Assembly: GCA_013239625.1 (NCBI GenBank)
Contig: MU053493.1
Location: 505,793 to 569,792, forward strand
Source: Lama guanicoe
Taxonomy: Eukaryota
Direction: 5' to 3'
DNA length: 64,000 bases
The translations under genes were made by a program, and so were the position numbers. This document shows, piece after piece, positions 24,531-36,080 of this stretch (position 1 is the stretch's first letter; every line of letters starts with the position of its first letter). Under the pieces are notes generated by a model. The model was not told where the DNA came from. It did not search any database and was given only the letters and a program-made list of their open reading frames with translations.

Positions 24531-26176
24531 TTTGAAACTCAGAGGTGATAATCCATTCGAGTATATTACTACGGCGAATACATCCTGGTGTCTGTGTTGT
24601 CGAGCATGTTTCTAGGAAGTCTCTGCGTTGTCCTCACTGCAGGGCTGTCAAGTGTCGGGGGGAGCTAGGACTTAGCCCAAGTGCTGTCTCCTGGAGGTAA
24701 GTCTACAAACCAGACCTTGGGATGTCAGGTTTCTACGTGGGCAGTCACAAACCGAATCCCTGTGCCCATTCATCCAGGTGACTATTCCAAATTCCCTCCT
24801 GACTCTACATCCAGAATCAAGCGGTAAGTTTTAGCCAACTTGGAGACGGGTGAAGAAGGCGTATCATTGGTTCTGTGTGGCTTTTTCATTTTGCACTGCT
24901 GCTCACAATTTAAGAAACATCTCTCCTCAGAAAATAATAATATGAATTCATTGAGCTAAGTGACTGTTATTAACATATCTAACTCCCACACATCTCTATG
25001 GGGTGGTCATTTCTGTTATTGGCATGGGGCATAGAGTAAAATCAGATATTTAATAACTGACTGACAGTCTTTGATCTAATCAGTGGTACAAACAGAAAGC
25101 CTCACAGTCAATTCCCCAAGTTTGATACCAGCTTTTTACCACTGGCCACATTTGAGGCTCATGTAAAGATGAAAACCACACTAGAGATGTGGCACTGCTC
25201 TCTGCCTCAAGTTGCCCAGAACATTCCCCAAATGCAGGAGCAGAAAGTGTGACAGACACTGCATGTTGATTCCCTTAAGATCTATCTCAGTGCACCTTAT
25301 TGAACAGTCCTCCAAGTCCAGTGATAAGCAGAGAGTGCGACCATGCCAGCTCCCATGCAGACAGGATTGTCATGTACATCACTGTCCCACTGAGACGTGG
25401 GTCACAGAACTATGGGAGCAGCGCAGAAGCAAAAGGCAAAGACACAGGAAAAGTTATTGGAACCTGTCCCTCAGCCCTTTGTCTTCCTGAATGCAAAAAT
25501 AAAGGTCATTACATGTCATAGCCATCTTGCAACAAGTCCAAGGGTGAAGGACTATACATTAGAGATGAAGCAAACTATATGCATAAGTGGATTGAACCTC
25601 TCATATGGACCCCAATCTGCCTCTCTAATGATTCCTGTTATATGTGGCTGATAAACTTACATTACAAAGTAACATAAGTAGAGTTTTCTGTTTATAAAAT
25701 CAAAACAAAATTATCATCAAAAGGAAGAGAAACCAGTAAAGCTTATCGCGTTTGTTTCATCTCCAGTTTCCTTTAAGTTGGGGAACCATCTCTGCGCTTT
25801 GCAACATAAATGCCACATTCTATGTAGTTTGCATGAGCATAGGGCTGCTATTCGCAGGCAGTAAAATTAAGATGATTGGTGAAAGGCTCTAATAACGTGA
25901 AAATGAGGGATATTTTTGAATTAAGATCTGATCTTTAAATTCTCTGTGTAGAGTATTGACCCCCAGAGCCCCTGAATTCAGCCATACATACATATACTTT
26001 GGAGTAAAAATATCCATGAAGTATCAATGCTTTTGCCCTGTTGTTGATCACAACACATGATTAAGATCAAGTGCCTCCCACCCCAGAATAGTTTTTAAAC
26101 CATTAGATCAAGGATTTAATTACTTGCATAGCATCTCAGAGATGCACCCTGTGAGGCTGTTTCCTTTAAAAGAGAA

Positions 26177-26422
26177 AGAGAAGGGATAAATTGGGAGTTT
26201 GAGATTTGCAGATACTAACTACTATATGTAAAATAGATAAACAGCAAGTTTATATTGTATAGCACAGGGAACTATATTCAATATATTGTAGTAAACTATA
26301 ATGAAAAAGAATGTGAAAATGAATATATGTATGTATATGTATGACTAAACTATTATGCTGTACACCAGAAACAGACACAACATTGTAAACTGACTGTACT
26401 TCAATTAAAAAAATTGTGTTTT
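26177..26422 (+). mobile_element. Artiodactyl L1 3' tail
   Basis: 'gggataaattgggagtttgagatttgcagatac..gtatagcacagggaactatattcaata'. Candidate TSD aaaagagaa at 26168-26176 and 26423-26431. Confidence 0.9.
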
Positions 26423-27659
26423 AAAAGAGAATGTGTTCCTGCTGACATTCATGCCCACTACACTGAAGGTCCTAAATAAATCCTACTTTGCTTGTTGGAG
26501 TCTTGAATCTTTTTCTACCCTCGTCTTCCTTTTGTGTCTCTTAGTGGCTTTGGATGAGGAAATCCCGGTTCAGCTCAGGCTGAAGAATCATGTCTTCACT
26601 CTTCAGGACAGTCAGAAGACTATTCACAAACAAACTATTGTCAGAGAAGTGTCAGAAGTTCAGCCTGAAATAATGGGCATTGAAGAATCAGATAAATAAT
26701 AGAAAGGTGGACAAATAATTGACTAAGTCAACAAAAAATGAAAAGTTTTAAAAGTTGCAAGAATCAAATTCTTTTTAACATATGGTAATTGACAAAGAGT
26801 GATAAATAAAAGATTGCAATTTCATTTCTGCAAGACCATATTATAAAAGTATGTGTTGCCTGGAACAGATGTATGAAAACATATTCTGAGCATTTTTTAT
26901 TTCACTGAAAGCAATTTTGCTATCAACTCAACAGAGAGTAAGAAAATAATAAATATGTATATGACAGGCCATCTGTACAAGAAACATCACACATTTCTAA
27001 AATGAGGTGGAAGTGATCACAGGCTCCAACCAATGTCTACTCTTGGGTAAGGATAAAGGCAAACAGAATAACAAAAGTCATACTTGCACAGTAAAGAAGT
27101 GTCTGGTCTCCACATTCAGAGTGGAAGTCTTAGTGTTCTGTCTACACAAATGAATGACTTTGTTAATCTTTCACAATTAAAGCAGAGTAAGCCATATGAT
27201 AAAATGTCCCCAGCACTTTCTTAGCATGAATCTCAGAGCAAATTTTACGTTGTGGTTCTTAGAGAAGACTCTGACCCCTCTCTTTTCCCACCAGATGTAT
27301 GTCAGAAGATTTCTGGAGAATCCTAAAAATGCAACATCTGGCTTTCCTAAACAAACAAATTCGCATTCGATTTAGTAAAGAGTGATGCTTGAAAAGATTG
27401 AAATAATTGAAAAGATTCTTTGAAAAGTGATTATGAATGAATTTTAAAAAACAAGAATGAAAGATAAACACAATTTAAAAAAACACAAATCTGGTTGTAG
27501 ACAATGTTTATATGATTTAAAAAAATGAGAATATACACACGTTAAATACATTTGCATGCCAAAACAAAAAGCAAGAAGGAACATCACAAGGCAGGGCCTG
27601 AAGCGGTAACATACAGCAAGCAGTGTGATTTCTGAACAAACGTGTTCTTTATATAAATT

Positions 27660-28090
27660 CTCCAACCGGCCCCAGAGGGAGAGCAGGGAGCAGCTGGCGT
27701 CGGCTGTGCAGCCGATCCGCAGGGAGGCCCCCAGCTCCGCGGCGGCGCCGAGTGAGGCCCTTGCCGGGCGAGGTCCGGACAGCGCCTGGAGGGGCATTGC
27801 GCACGCGCGGGGGCGCTTTGCGATGCTGTTTCTCGGGCTCCCGCCGCCACTGGCTGTCGCTGGCGCGGAAAGTGTAAATTCCCAGAGATTCCAGAAAGCA
27901 GGGAAAGGACAAGAGGAGGCGTGCCGTGGAGTAAAATTCACTCAGAATGCACCCAAAAAAATTAACTTGGAGAGTGGTGTTGAGAGATTGCCTAAGATTC
28001 ACAAGGACTTTAGAGACAAAAGCTACAATAGGGCATGGCATCTTCCATGGTGTCCTCGCGGCCGCGGTGGGAAATCAGCTGTAAAGCGTG
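27660..28090. promoter_or_regulatory. CpG island / promoter-like element 2
   Basis: High CpG density, NRF1-like TGCGCACGCGC 27798-27808, ETS core CGGAA, and an octamer ATTTGCAT upstream at 27550-27557. Confidence 0.7.
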
Positions 28091-28537
28091 GGGGACAGTT
28101 GGAGAATTTTTAACAAGAATCACGAGTTTAGTGCATATCGCCCTCATTTTTGTATAAAGTAGTCTAAGTATGTGGTTATAGAGGAATATCCTTATTTTGT
28201 GAAAATGCGGGTAGAGACCTCACGATGTTTTATTTACTCTAAAATTGTCCACTTCCCACGTGTGTACAGAGATGAGCTTACTGTAGAAATGTGTTAATAA
28301 TTTTGAATCGAGGTGCATGGATATACGTGTTCATTTTACTATTCATTTTGCTTTTCTAAAGGAAACTTTCATTTTCATTATAAATGTATCTTCTTTAATT
28401 CAAGGGAAGTTATCTGTCAAATTGTATACCAAAATGGTAAAAGTACTAGAACAACATATATAGCAATAATTCCCTTGAGTATTTTCCAACTTTCTATAAA
28501 ATAAATTGTTTTAAAACAGGTCCCCTTTGTGTGAGCG

Positions 28538-29558
28538 GCTGAGGACCACCTTCATCCGTGGTTCTCTCCGAGAGCTTTTGGCTCCCGCATGTGGACACCA
28601 GGTGGCGCTGTGACCCGCCGCTCCGAACGTTCTGATCGCTGTCTCCATCCCGCCTGCACATGCACAATGAGGGGACAGAAGGCTGCACTCGGGCGGGGTG
28701 GGGAGGGGGTGTGTGAGGTGGGGAGACAGACAGGTGAACACGAGCACTCAAAGTCCCTCGCACTTGCTCTGCGCGGGCCCGGAACCCCTCCTGGAATTCT
28801 CCAGGGACCTCCCCAGTAGGCAGGGACCATCCTCACTTGTTCTGTCTTCCCAACACGCAGATCTCATGAGCCTGGGGTAAATGTCAAGGAACAACACCCA
28901 GACGTTCAAAATAACTCAACACCCAGACATTTCTCAGTGGGCTGTCCCTGCTTCACTTCCTGCCCTCTCTCACCTGGCCAGTCCCACCAAGCTCTGCCCT
29001 CCATGTTCCGGACATCTTCACAAGTTACCGTCCCTCTGTTCCCTCAGATGCACTGGCCTTGCCTGAGGTGGGGACAGGCTTTTCATTTTCTCCCCGCCCC
29101 CTGCCCCGCCTGCTGTTTGCCTCCCACCCCTTTCACACTTGAGCACTCCCTCAGATAAGCTCCTCCAAGAGGCTTTCCTTGTGTGTCCTGCCCCAGGTCC
29201 TGTTCCTGTTTTGGAGCTCCCAAGCACAGCTGTCTACTCACAGTTTAGTTTTCTGAATCCCCACTGGACTGAAATCTCAGAAAATACAGAAACTTCACCT
29301 GTGCTAATCCCCCATGACCACCCCTCACATGTAGTGGACACAGAGTGACAGAGAAGATTTTCTTCTCACTGAGGTTCAAAACCAAATAAGGCTATTTCAG
29401 TCTCTCACATCTCTCACCTCTAATCTTGTCACCTTCCTTATAGTCCCCTAGTTTCTGCAAATATGAACTCACTTTGAGTCTGAATACACTCCCCTAGGGA
29501 GTCAGCACTGCAGGGTGAGAAATCACAGGACACACAGGGTTCCTTTCCCCCTCCTTTG
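28538..29558 (+). repeat. ~1 kb direct duplication, copy B (partner 1617-2645)
   Basis: Direct sequence comparison, offset about 26.91 kb. Confidence 0.97.
28592..28610 (+). promoter_or_regulatory. CTCF motif, forward
   Basis: TGGACACCAGGTGGCGCTG, identical to 1674-1692. Confidence 0.8.
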
Positions 29559-31603
29559 TATTGAACTGCACAAAAGAATGGATCTCTCAAACTCCTCACC
29601 TATATTTTTGCCTACTTCATCATAAACCTCAACTTTCATTTAATTCAAAGAGGATTTGCAATTGAATATTAAAGTGTTTCAATTGTTCACTTTTGACCTC
29701 TTGACAGGACATGAGCTCTGACTTCCAGGAGCCTCTTTTATAGTCTCTGCATTCTCACACCACTATTTTAAGACCCCCGATGTACCAGGTACTCATCTCA
29801 CCCATAACTCTTCTTTCCTTCTAGGCAGTTTTAGTAAAATTGTAGTCACAAGAGTCAGCTCTATTATAGTAGCTCCTTTGAGAAATATTTCCAGATCCTT
29901 ATTAGTTACTGTAGTTTACACAGTTTAGTATGTGTTTAGTTTTTCAAATTTTACCAAAATCACTGCTAGGATGTGGTTTTCATTGTCTGCACATGGCTGA
30001 AATTTTGTGTTGTCACCTTCTGGTAGACCACCTGCATGAAAACTTGCAGAATGGGTGTCAACAGGAATGGTGGAAATCACACATACAGCGTTGCAGCCCC
30101 TTTTATGAATACATGTTTCATGCCCATCACTCTTCATGCCACAGAGGGTAACGATAAAACATCCATCATCCTAGGTCAAAATATTATTCAGAACAATCAG
30201 AATCACGAATGTCAAGATATTTGTAAATTCACTACCGATTAATTTCAAATTTGCCTTCATTTCTGTGTGACACAAATTGTGTCTTTATAATTCTTGAAAG
30301 CCTTTTTACATGCGTATAAAAATAAGGCAATTAGGTATGTACTAGTTTAATTGACAGAGACATTACCTTTCTTTTAATGCATTTTAAGCCTTTGTTTCAC
30401 TAGCATGAGGTGGATGCTCCCTACTGAGATGCCTACAGACTACACACAGACCATTTCTGACTTCCCTCGGTGTAGCGAATGTGAGTTTACTTATCTTCCT
30501 TTGTGAGTTTCACTCACATTGTTCCTTATTCACCATAATATCTCCAGCAAGAAGCATACAGCGAGGGGTACAGTCATCATTGAGTAATTACAGAAGGAAC
30601 AGACCAAGATGTTACAGGAAAAAAAGAACAGGAATTAGATATATTTTATCATATGTGAAAACAAAAACCAAAATATATAAAGCAGTGGTTTTCAAGATAC
30701 TGTATATCAGACAGTAAAGGACAGTGGTCCCTGAGAGACATGAAATAATGGCATTAGCCTTACTATTTCCCCAGCTTACTGTTTCCGAGACAGTTTCCAG
30801 GCTGTAGTGTGACAAGGATCTTGGCAGAATTTCTGAGTTGAGAATATGGAACTAAGTGTCTGGAAAAGTAAGGTGGCTTGATTTCCCAGACCCAAGTTCT
30901 GGGGGAGGAGAGAATTAATCAGAGAGAAAATTCTGGAGCATAGTAAAAGATCAAGCAGTGCCTGTGAGTTAGGAACCTCCCCCACATCCTGGGGAGAAAA
31001 AAAAACCTGAGAGGATCAGAGGTACCTCCTGTTTACACAAGGTTGAGAGTAACACCTGTTTTCATCAGCCAGACTGATAAACTTCAGGATTCACAGGACA
31101 TTGGAGAGAGGACACAGAAGTGTCTTTCCTCAGTAGTGAAGAATAATTGATCTTAGATTAAATACAGGTCTGGATCCAATAGCTAATATTACACGCAAGA
31201 TGTAGAATTATGAAGCTGTTCCCAAGTAATGAACCAGAACAAAGCTCAAGAATATTTGTCAGAATACAAAAATGTAAAGCACACAATAAAGTATAATTCA
31301 TAATACCAGACACCCCCCAAAACTTACCAGGCATGCAAAGAAAGATAAAAATATGACCAATAATGAGGACATAAATTTATCAATTGAAACTAGCCCTAAA
31401 GTGTCACCAATGTTAGAATTAACACAAAAACAGATACTATAGCTGTATCCATACATTTAAACAGTTTCTATAATTGCATTCTACAGTACAAAAGTTAAGT
31501 AGGGATGTCATAAATATAAAAGGCCAAAATAAAATTTCTAGAGAGGAATGTTTCAATGTAAATTATCACTTTTTAAAAACATGCTGAATAGAATTAACAG
31601 CAG

Positions 31604-31634
31604 GTTATAACTCAATAAAAAATGTTTAAAAAAA
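31604..31634 (+). mobile_element. 31-bp L1 3'-terminal insertion
   Basis: 'ttataactcaataaaaaatgtttaaaaaaa' matches the end of the 9276-10160 L1. Perfect TSD agaattaacagcag at 31590-31603 and 31635-31648. Confidence 0.8.
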
Positions 31635-32779
31635 AGAATTAACAGCAGATTAGACTTTTCAAGAGAAAATATTGGTAAACTTGAAGACATGACAATAGAA
31701 ACCACCCAAAATAAAAGACAGAGAGAAAGAATTAATAGAAATGAAAAAAGACATCAGTGAGCTGTGTGGCCACTTCAAGCAGCACCATATATAAATGACA
31801 GAGTGTAACGTTGACAGAAATGCATAAACCGTCAGGTTCAGAGGCTCAGTAAACTTCTAGCGCAAGAGAAAATGAAGAAATCTATAAAGGCACACCTAAA
31901 TCAAGTTTCTCTAAATCAGTGATAAAGAAAGTGGCTAGAGAACAAAAGACATGTTGGTACAGAGAAACAGAGATGAAGAAAACAACAGATTTCTCATTGG
32001 AAATAACACAAGCAAGATGAGAGTATGAGAGTGTATGCTTCAATTAAAAAGGATGGGGGAAAAAGAAACAGAACAAACCAACATTACAGTTTGAAATTCC
32101 AGTACCCCTCAATATTTAGTAGAACAAGTAGGGGAAAATATCAGTAAAGATACAGAATATTTGGACAACACTATCAACTAATTTGATCTAATGGACATTT
32201 ACAGATATATACGCTCCACTGGACAGCAACGGAGTACACACTCCTTTCAAGTGCACATGGAACATTTACCATGATAGACCACATTCTGGGACAAAAAAAA
32301 GTAAATAAATTTAGAAAGATTCAAGGCATACAAAACGCTAACATCCATTCTGGATCAAACCTATCACAAGAGTAGCCCAAAGAAGGGGTTTTCCTAAACC
32401 TGACAAAGAACATTTAGAAAACCTACAGCTGACATCATGCTTAATGGCAAAAGATTGATGTTTTTTCTCTTTAGGATTGAGACAAGGCAAAGATGTCCAC
32501 TCTAACCATTTCTTCAACACAGTACCAGATGCTTTAGCTAATGCAATCCAGGAAAAAGAAATGAAATAATAGTCATATAGGTAGAAAAAGAAGACATAAA
32601 AGTATTTTGTGGATGATGTGATAGGTCTGTAGACAATCTTAAAGAATCTACCAAAGAACTCCTACTACTACTAAGTGAATTTAGCTGGATTACAAGTAAA
32701 AGTTTATCACAGTGCATGCATGTGCATACACACAGTAAAAAGAACCACTGGAAATTCAAATGTAAAACACAATACTATA

Positions 32780-32924
32780 TTCAGTATCTTGTAGTAGCTC
32801 ATGGTGAAAAAGAATATGAAAATGAATATATGTATGTTCATGTATGCCTGAAGAATTGTGCTGTACACCAGAAATTGACACAACATTGTAAACTGACTAT
32901 AACGCAACAACAACAACAACAACA
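32780..32924 (+). mobile_element. Camelid-type L1 3' tail with (CAA)n tail, nested in old L1M
   Basis: 'gaaattgacacaacattgtaaactgactataac'. TSD aaaaca(c/t)a(a/g)tactata at 32764-32779 and 32925-32940. Confidence 0.88.
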
Positions 32925-35628
32925 AAAACATAGTACTATAAACAATAAAAATAAGTATAAATATAATGAAACATATGCTGGATCTTTATGCTTAAAATGC
33001 AAAACATTAATTTAAAAAAGACCAAAAAATAGTGGAAACATATATCTTGTTCATAGCATGGAAGACTCAACATAGCAAAGATGCCAGTTATTTCCAAAGT
33101 GATTCATAGATGTAAATAAATTCCTATGAAAATCCAAGGAAGCATTTTTCTAGACATTAACAAGCATATTCTAAAATTTACATGGGAAGGTAAATTAACT
33201 AAAGTAGCTAAAATGATTTTGAAAAAGAACAATAAAATCAGAGGAACCATTTTGAGACAGTGTATAGCTACAGCAATCAAGACACTGTGGTACTGGTGGA
33301 CGGATGGAGACACAGGTGACTGGAACAGAACAGAGTTTCTAAGTAGACCCACACAATAATAGCCAAAGCAAAAGGTACGAAAGGAATTCAGTGGAGAAAT
33401 ACTTTTTTCAAACAGATGGTGTTGGTTGCATATCCAACACATGCGTGTGAAATGAATTTCAATTCATACCTCACACTCTATGGAAAAATAAACTCAAACC
33501 AATCATGTAAGATTAAAATGTTAAGCTGTATAACTTTTAGAAGAAAAATAGGAGAAATTTTGTTGACAGATGGTTAGGAGAAGAGATATTAGATCCGACA
33601 CCAAAAGCATAATCTATAAAAGAAATAAAAGAAAAAAAATCAATACATTGGACTTCAAAATTAATAACTTTTGTTCTATGATAAAAGTCAAGGTGCAGAG
33701 TGGCTGAGGATATTTGCAAATCATATATCTGAGAAAGTGCTCATACACAGAAAATATAAAGAACTCTCTAAACTAAATACTAAAAGAAAATCTAATTAAA
33801 ATATGAAAGTCTTGAATAAACATTTCACCAAAGAGAAGATACTGTACAGTATAAAAGCATGTGAAAGATACTCAGCATCCTTAGCTGTTAGGGAAACTCA
33901 AATTAAAGCCACTGTGAGATTCTACTACACCTACTAAAATTGCTAAAATATTAAAAATGACAAAACCAAGTGATGTGAGAATATATAATGGTACAGCCAC
34001 TCTGGTAAACAGTTTTGCAGTCTCTTATAAGGTTGAAAATATCCTTACCATGTGACTCAGCAATGTCACCAGTGGGAATGTACCCTAGAGAAATGAAAAC
34101 GTACATTCACATAAAAGCCTGTACATGAACATTCATAGCAGCATTCCTAGTAACTTCCAAAAGCAGGAAATAACCCAGATGTCCCTCAATGGGTGAAGGA
34201 AAAACCAGCAATAGGATATCCATGCAGTGGAATACTACTCAGCAACGAAAAGGGCTGCACTGTTGATACACACATAGTCTGGACGTATGCCAAGACATGA
34301 GCCTGAGTGAAAAGAAGTTAATCTCAAAAGGTTACCTTCCACACGATTTAATTTATATAACATTCTTGAAAAGATAAAATTGCAGTTATGGAAAATAGAT
34401 CCATGGAGGAGAGAGGTTAGGATTAGGAGAGCATGTTACTATCACAGAGTGGCATATGAGATTTGAGGTGGGGGTGATGGGAAAATTTTGTATCCTTAAT
34501 GTGATTGTTGTTACACAAATGTATACATGTGATAAAATTTTATAGAATTATATACAAAAATGCTTATATACTAAAATGGTTGAAATCCAAAGAAGTTGTA
34601 TAGCTTAGTTAATAATGTTACACCAATGTCAAATTTTTTAGTTTTGGTAATTCTACTACATTTATACAAGATGTAATCATTGGGGGACCAAGGTGAAGGA
34701 ACTCTGTTTTTTCATGATCTTTCAAGTTTGTCATACTAAAGACACTTTACAGTTTTAGTTTGCTAAGCAGATTCCCAGCAAGAACCAGCATGTTCTTTGT
34801 ATGCTTTTTAATTCCCCAGTACCTTCTCTCAAGTGAACTAAAAATATACATTGAACAGGACAGAATTTTTCATTTTAAGATTTCAATTGGCAAAAGACCT
34901 TTGATACAACATTTTGTATCTTTGATTTGGCAAAACTGATGCTTCTGGTTTTACTCCTGAGATCTTTGCATCCCTGTGAACACGATATTGTGAGCTAACT
35001 AATCTTGTAGGCGTCCACTCCCCATTTATCATATGGTTTAAGGATTTTCCCAGGCAGGGACTATTGAAGTGTTGTCTGTTCACCCATGTCCAGGTCCAAA
35101 GTTAGATGCTTTAGTATAGTACCCACAAAACACATCATTTCAGGAAGGGAAATGATGCAGTAAGAAATAGAAAATTAGTGAGGCCCAGAAGGAATTTATG
35201 CCAAATGCTTTGTAATGTTACTACTGAAAGCTTAAAACTGAGTTTGACTGTACTATATTGTTTGTGCCATAGTCCTGTTGCAAGGGAAAAAAAAAGTGTG
35301 ATCTTATGCAATATGCTCCAAGTCTTAGTCTTGCATCTCTTAAATTGGTTTTCCTGAGAGCTTATATATTTTGTTTATCTTTCAGACAAGAGGTATAAAT
35401 GTATGTAACTATTAAAATAATGGTTAAATAGTCATTAAATTAGTTATGTGTTTCAAAAACTGTTCAGAGCCTTTTTCATGAATCTTGTCATGCCACAACC
35501 AGCAATTATTATGGCTCTGATTAAACATAAAAGAATTCTCTCCACAAGAAAAGCCCCCATGCTAAATCCACCACTCAACTTGCAAGCCTGTAAGTGGAGC
35601 AAGCACATTTTACAACTGCACACGTGAT

Positions 35629-35716
35629 CCTCAAGCAAGCCAGCTGTGAAGAGGTGTACTGCCTTCCTCACCTCAAGCAAGCCAGCTGTGAAGAGGTGTA
35701 CTGCCTTCCTCACCTC
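35629..35716 (+). repeat. Perfect 42-bp tandem duplication
   Basis: (cctcaagcaagccagctgtgaagaggtgtactgccttcctca)x2 followed by cctc. Confidence 0.97.
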
Positions 35717-35930
35717 TTTGTTCAGAACTGGAAGAACATGAAAGTCTATGCATTGAGTATGGTGGGGAGAAAAAAAAAACAGAAGGAGGTTGAGACTATC
35801 AGGACATTCCTGAGCTTCTCTGATTGTTCACGTTTGCCTACCATCACTTGAATTTTTGATGAGATAAAAATAAATCCTCATTGCATGTATAAGAAACTAA
35901 AGTTAAGTTTTATCTTTAACACCAGATTTC

Positions 35931-36080
35931 CTAGCAGGTAGGGTATTGCTCAGTGGTACAGAACAAGCTTAGTATGTACAATGTACAAGTTCCTGGGTTT
36001 AATCCCCAGTGCCTCCATTAAAAGAAAATAATAATTACACCTAATTATCCTCCACTACCACCCCCAAAAAAACTCAAAAC
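35931..36080 (+). mobile_element. tRNA-derived SINE (camelid Vic-1-like)
   Basis: A-box-like 'ttgctcagtggta', B-box-like 'gggtttaatcccc', A-rich tail, flanking repeat tttaacaccagatttc. Confidence 0.85.

Larger units (their letters stand above)
30700..34720 (+). mobile_element. Ancient L1M, fragmented (ORF1/ORF2/3' UTR remnants)
   Basis: ORF2-like peptide (IFLDINKHILKFTWEGKLTKVAKMILKKNNKIRG..ATAIKTLWYW) and 'tcaagtgcacatggaacatttaccatgatagaccacattctggg'. Boundaries approximate. Confidence 0.85.

Noticed and set aside
25212..25651. Cys-rich overlapping ORFs
   Set aside because: No recognisable domain and no consistent frame; some use non-ATG starts.
27550..27557. Octamer plus ZNF143-like and GGTCCG words suggesting snRNA or histone promoters
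   Set aside because: No snRNA body, PSE, histone CDS or histone stem-loop found.
27444..28113. Long ORFs over the CpG islands (also 38301-38789, 47171-47721, 52707-53190)
   Set aside because: Expected from stop-codon depletion in GC-rich DNA. They overlap on both strands and show no homology I recognise.
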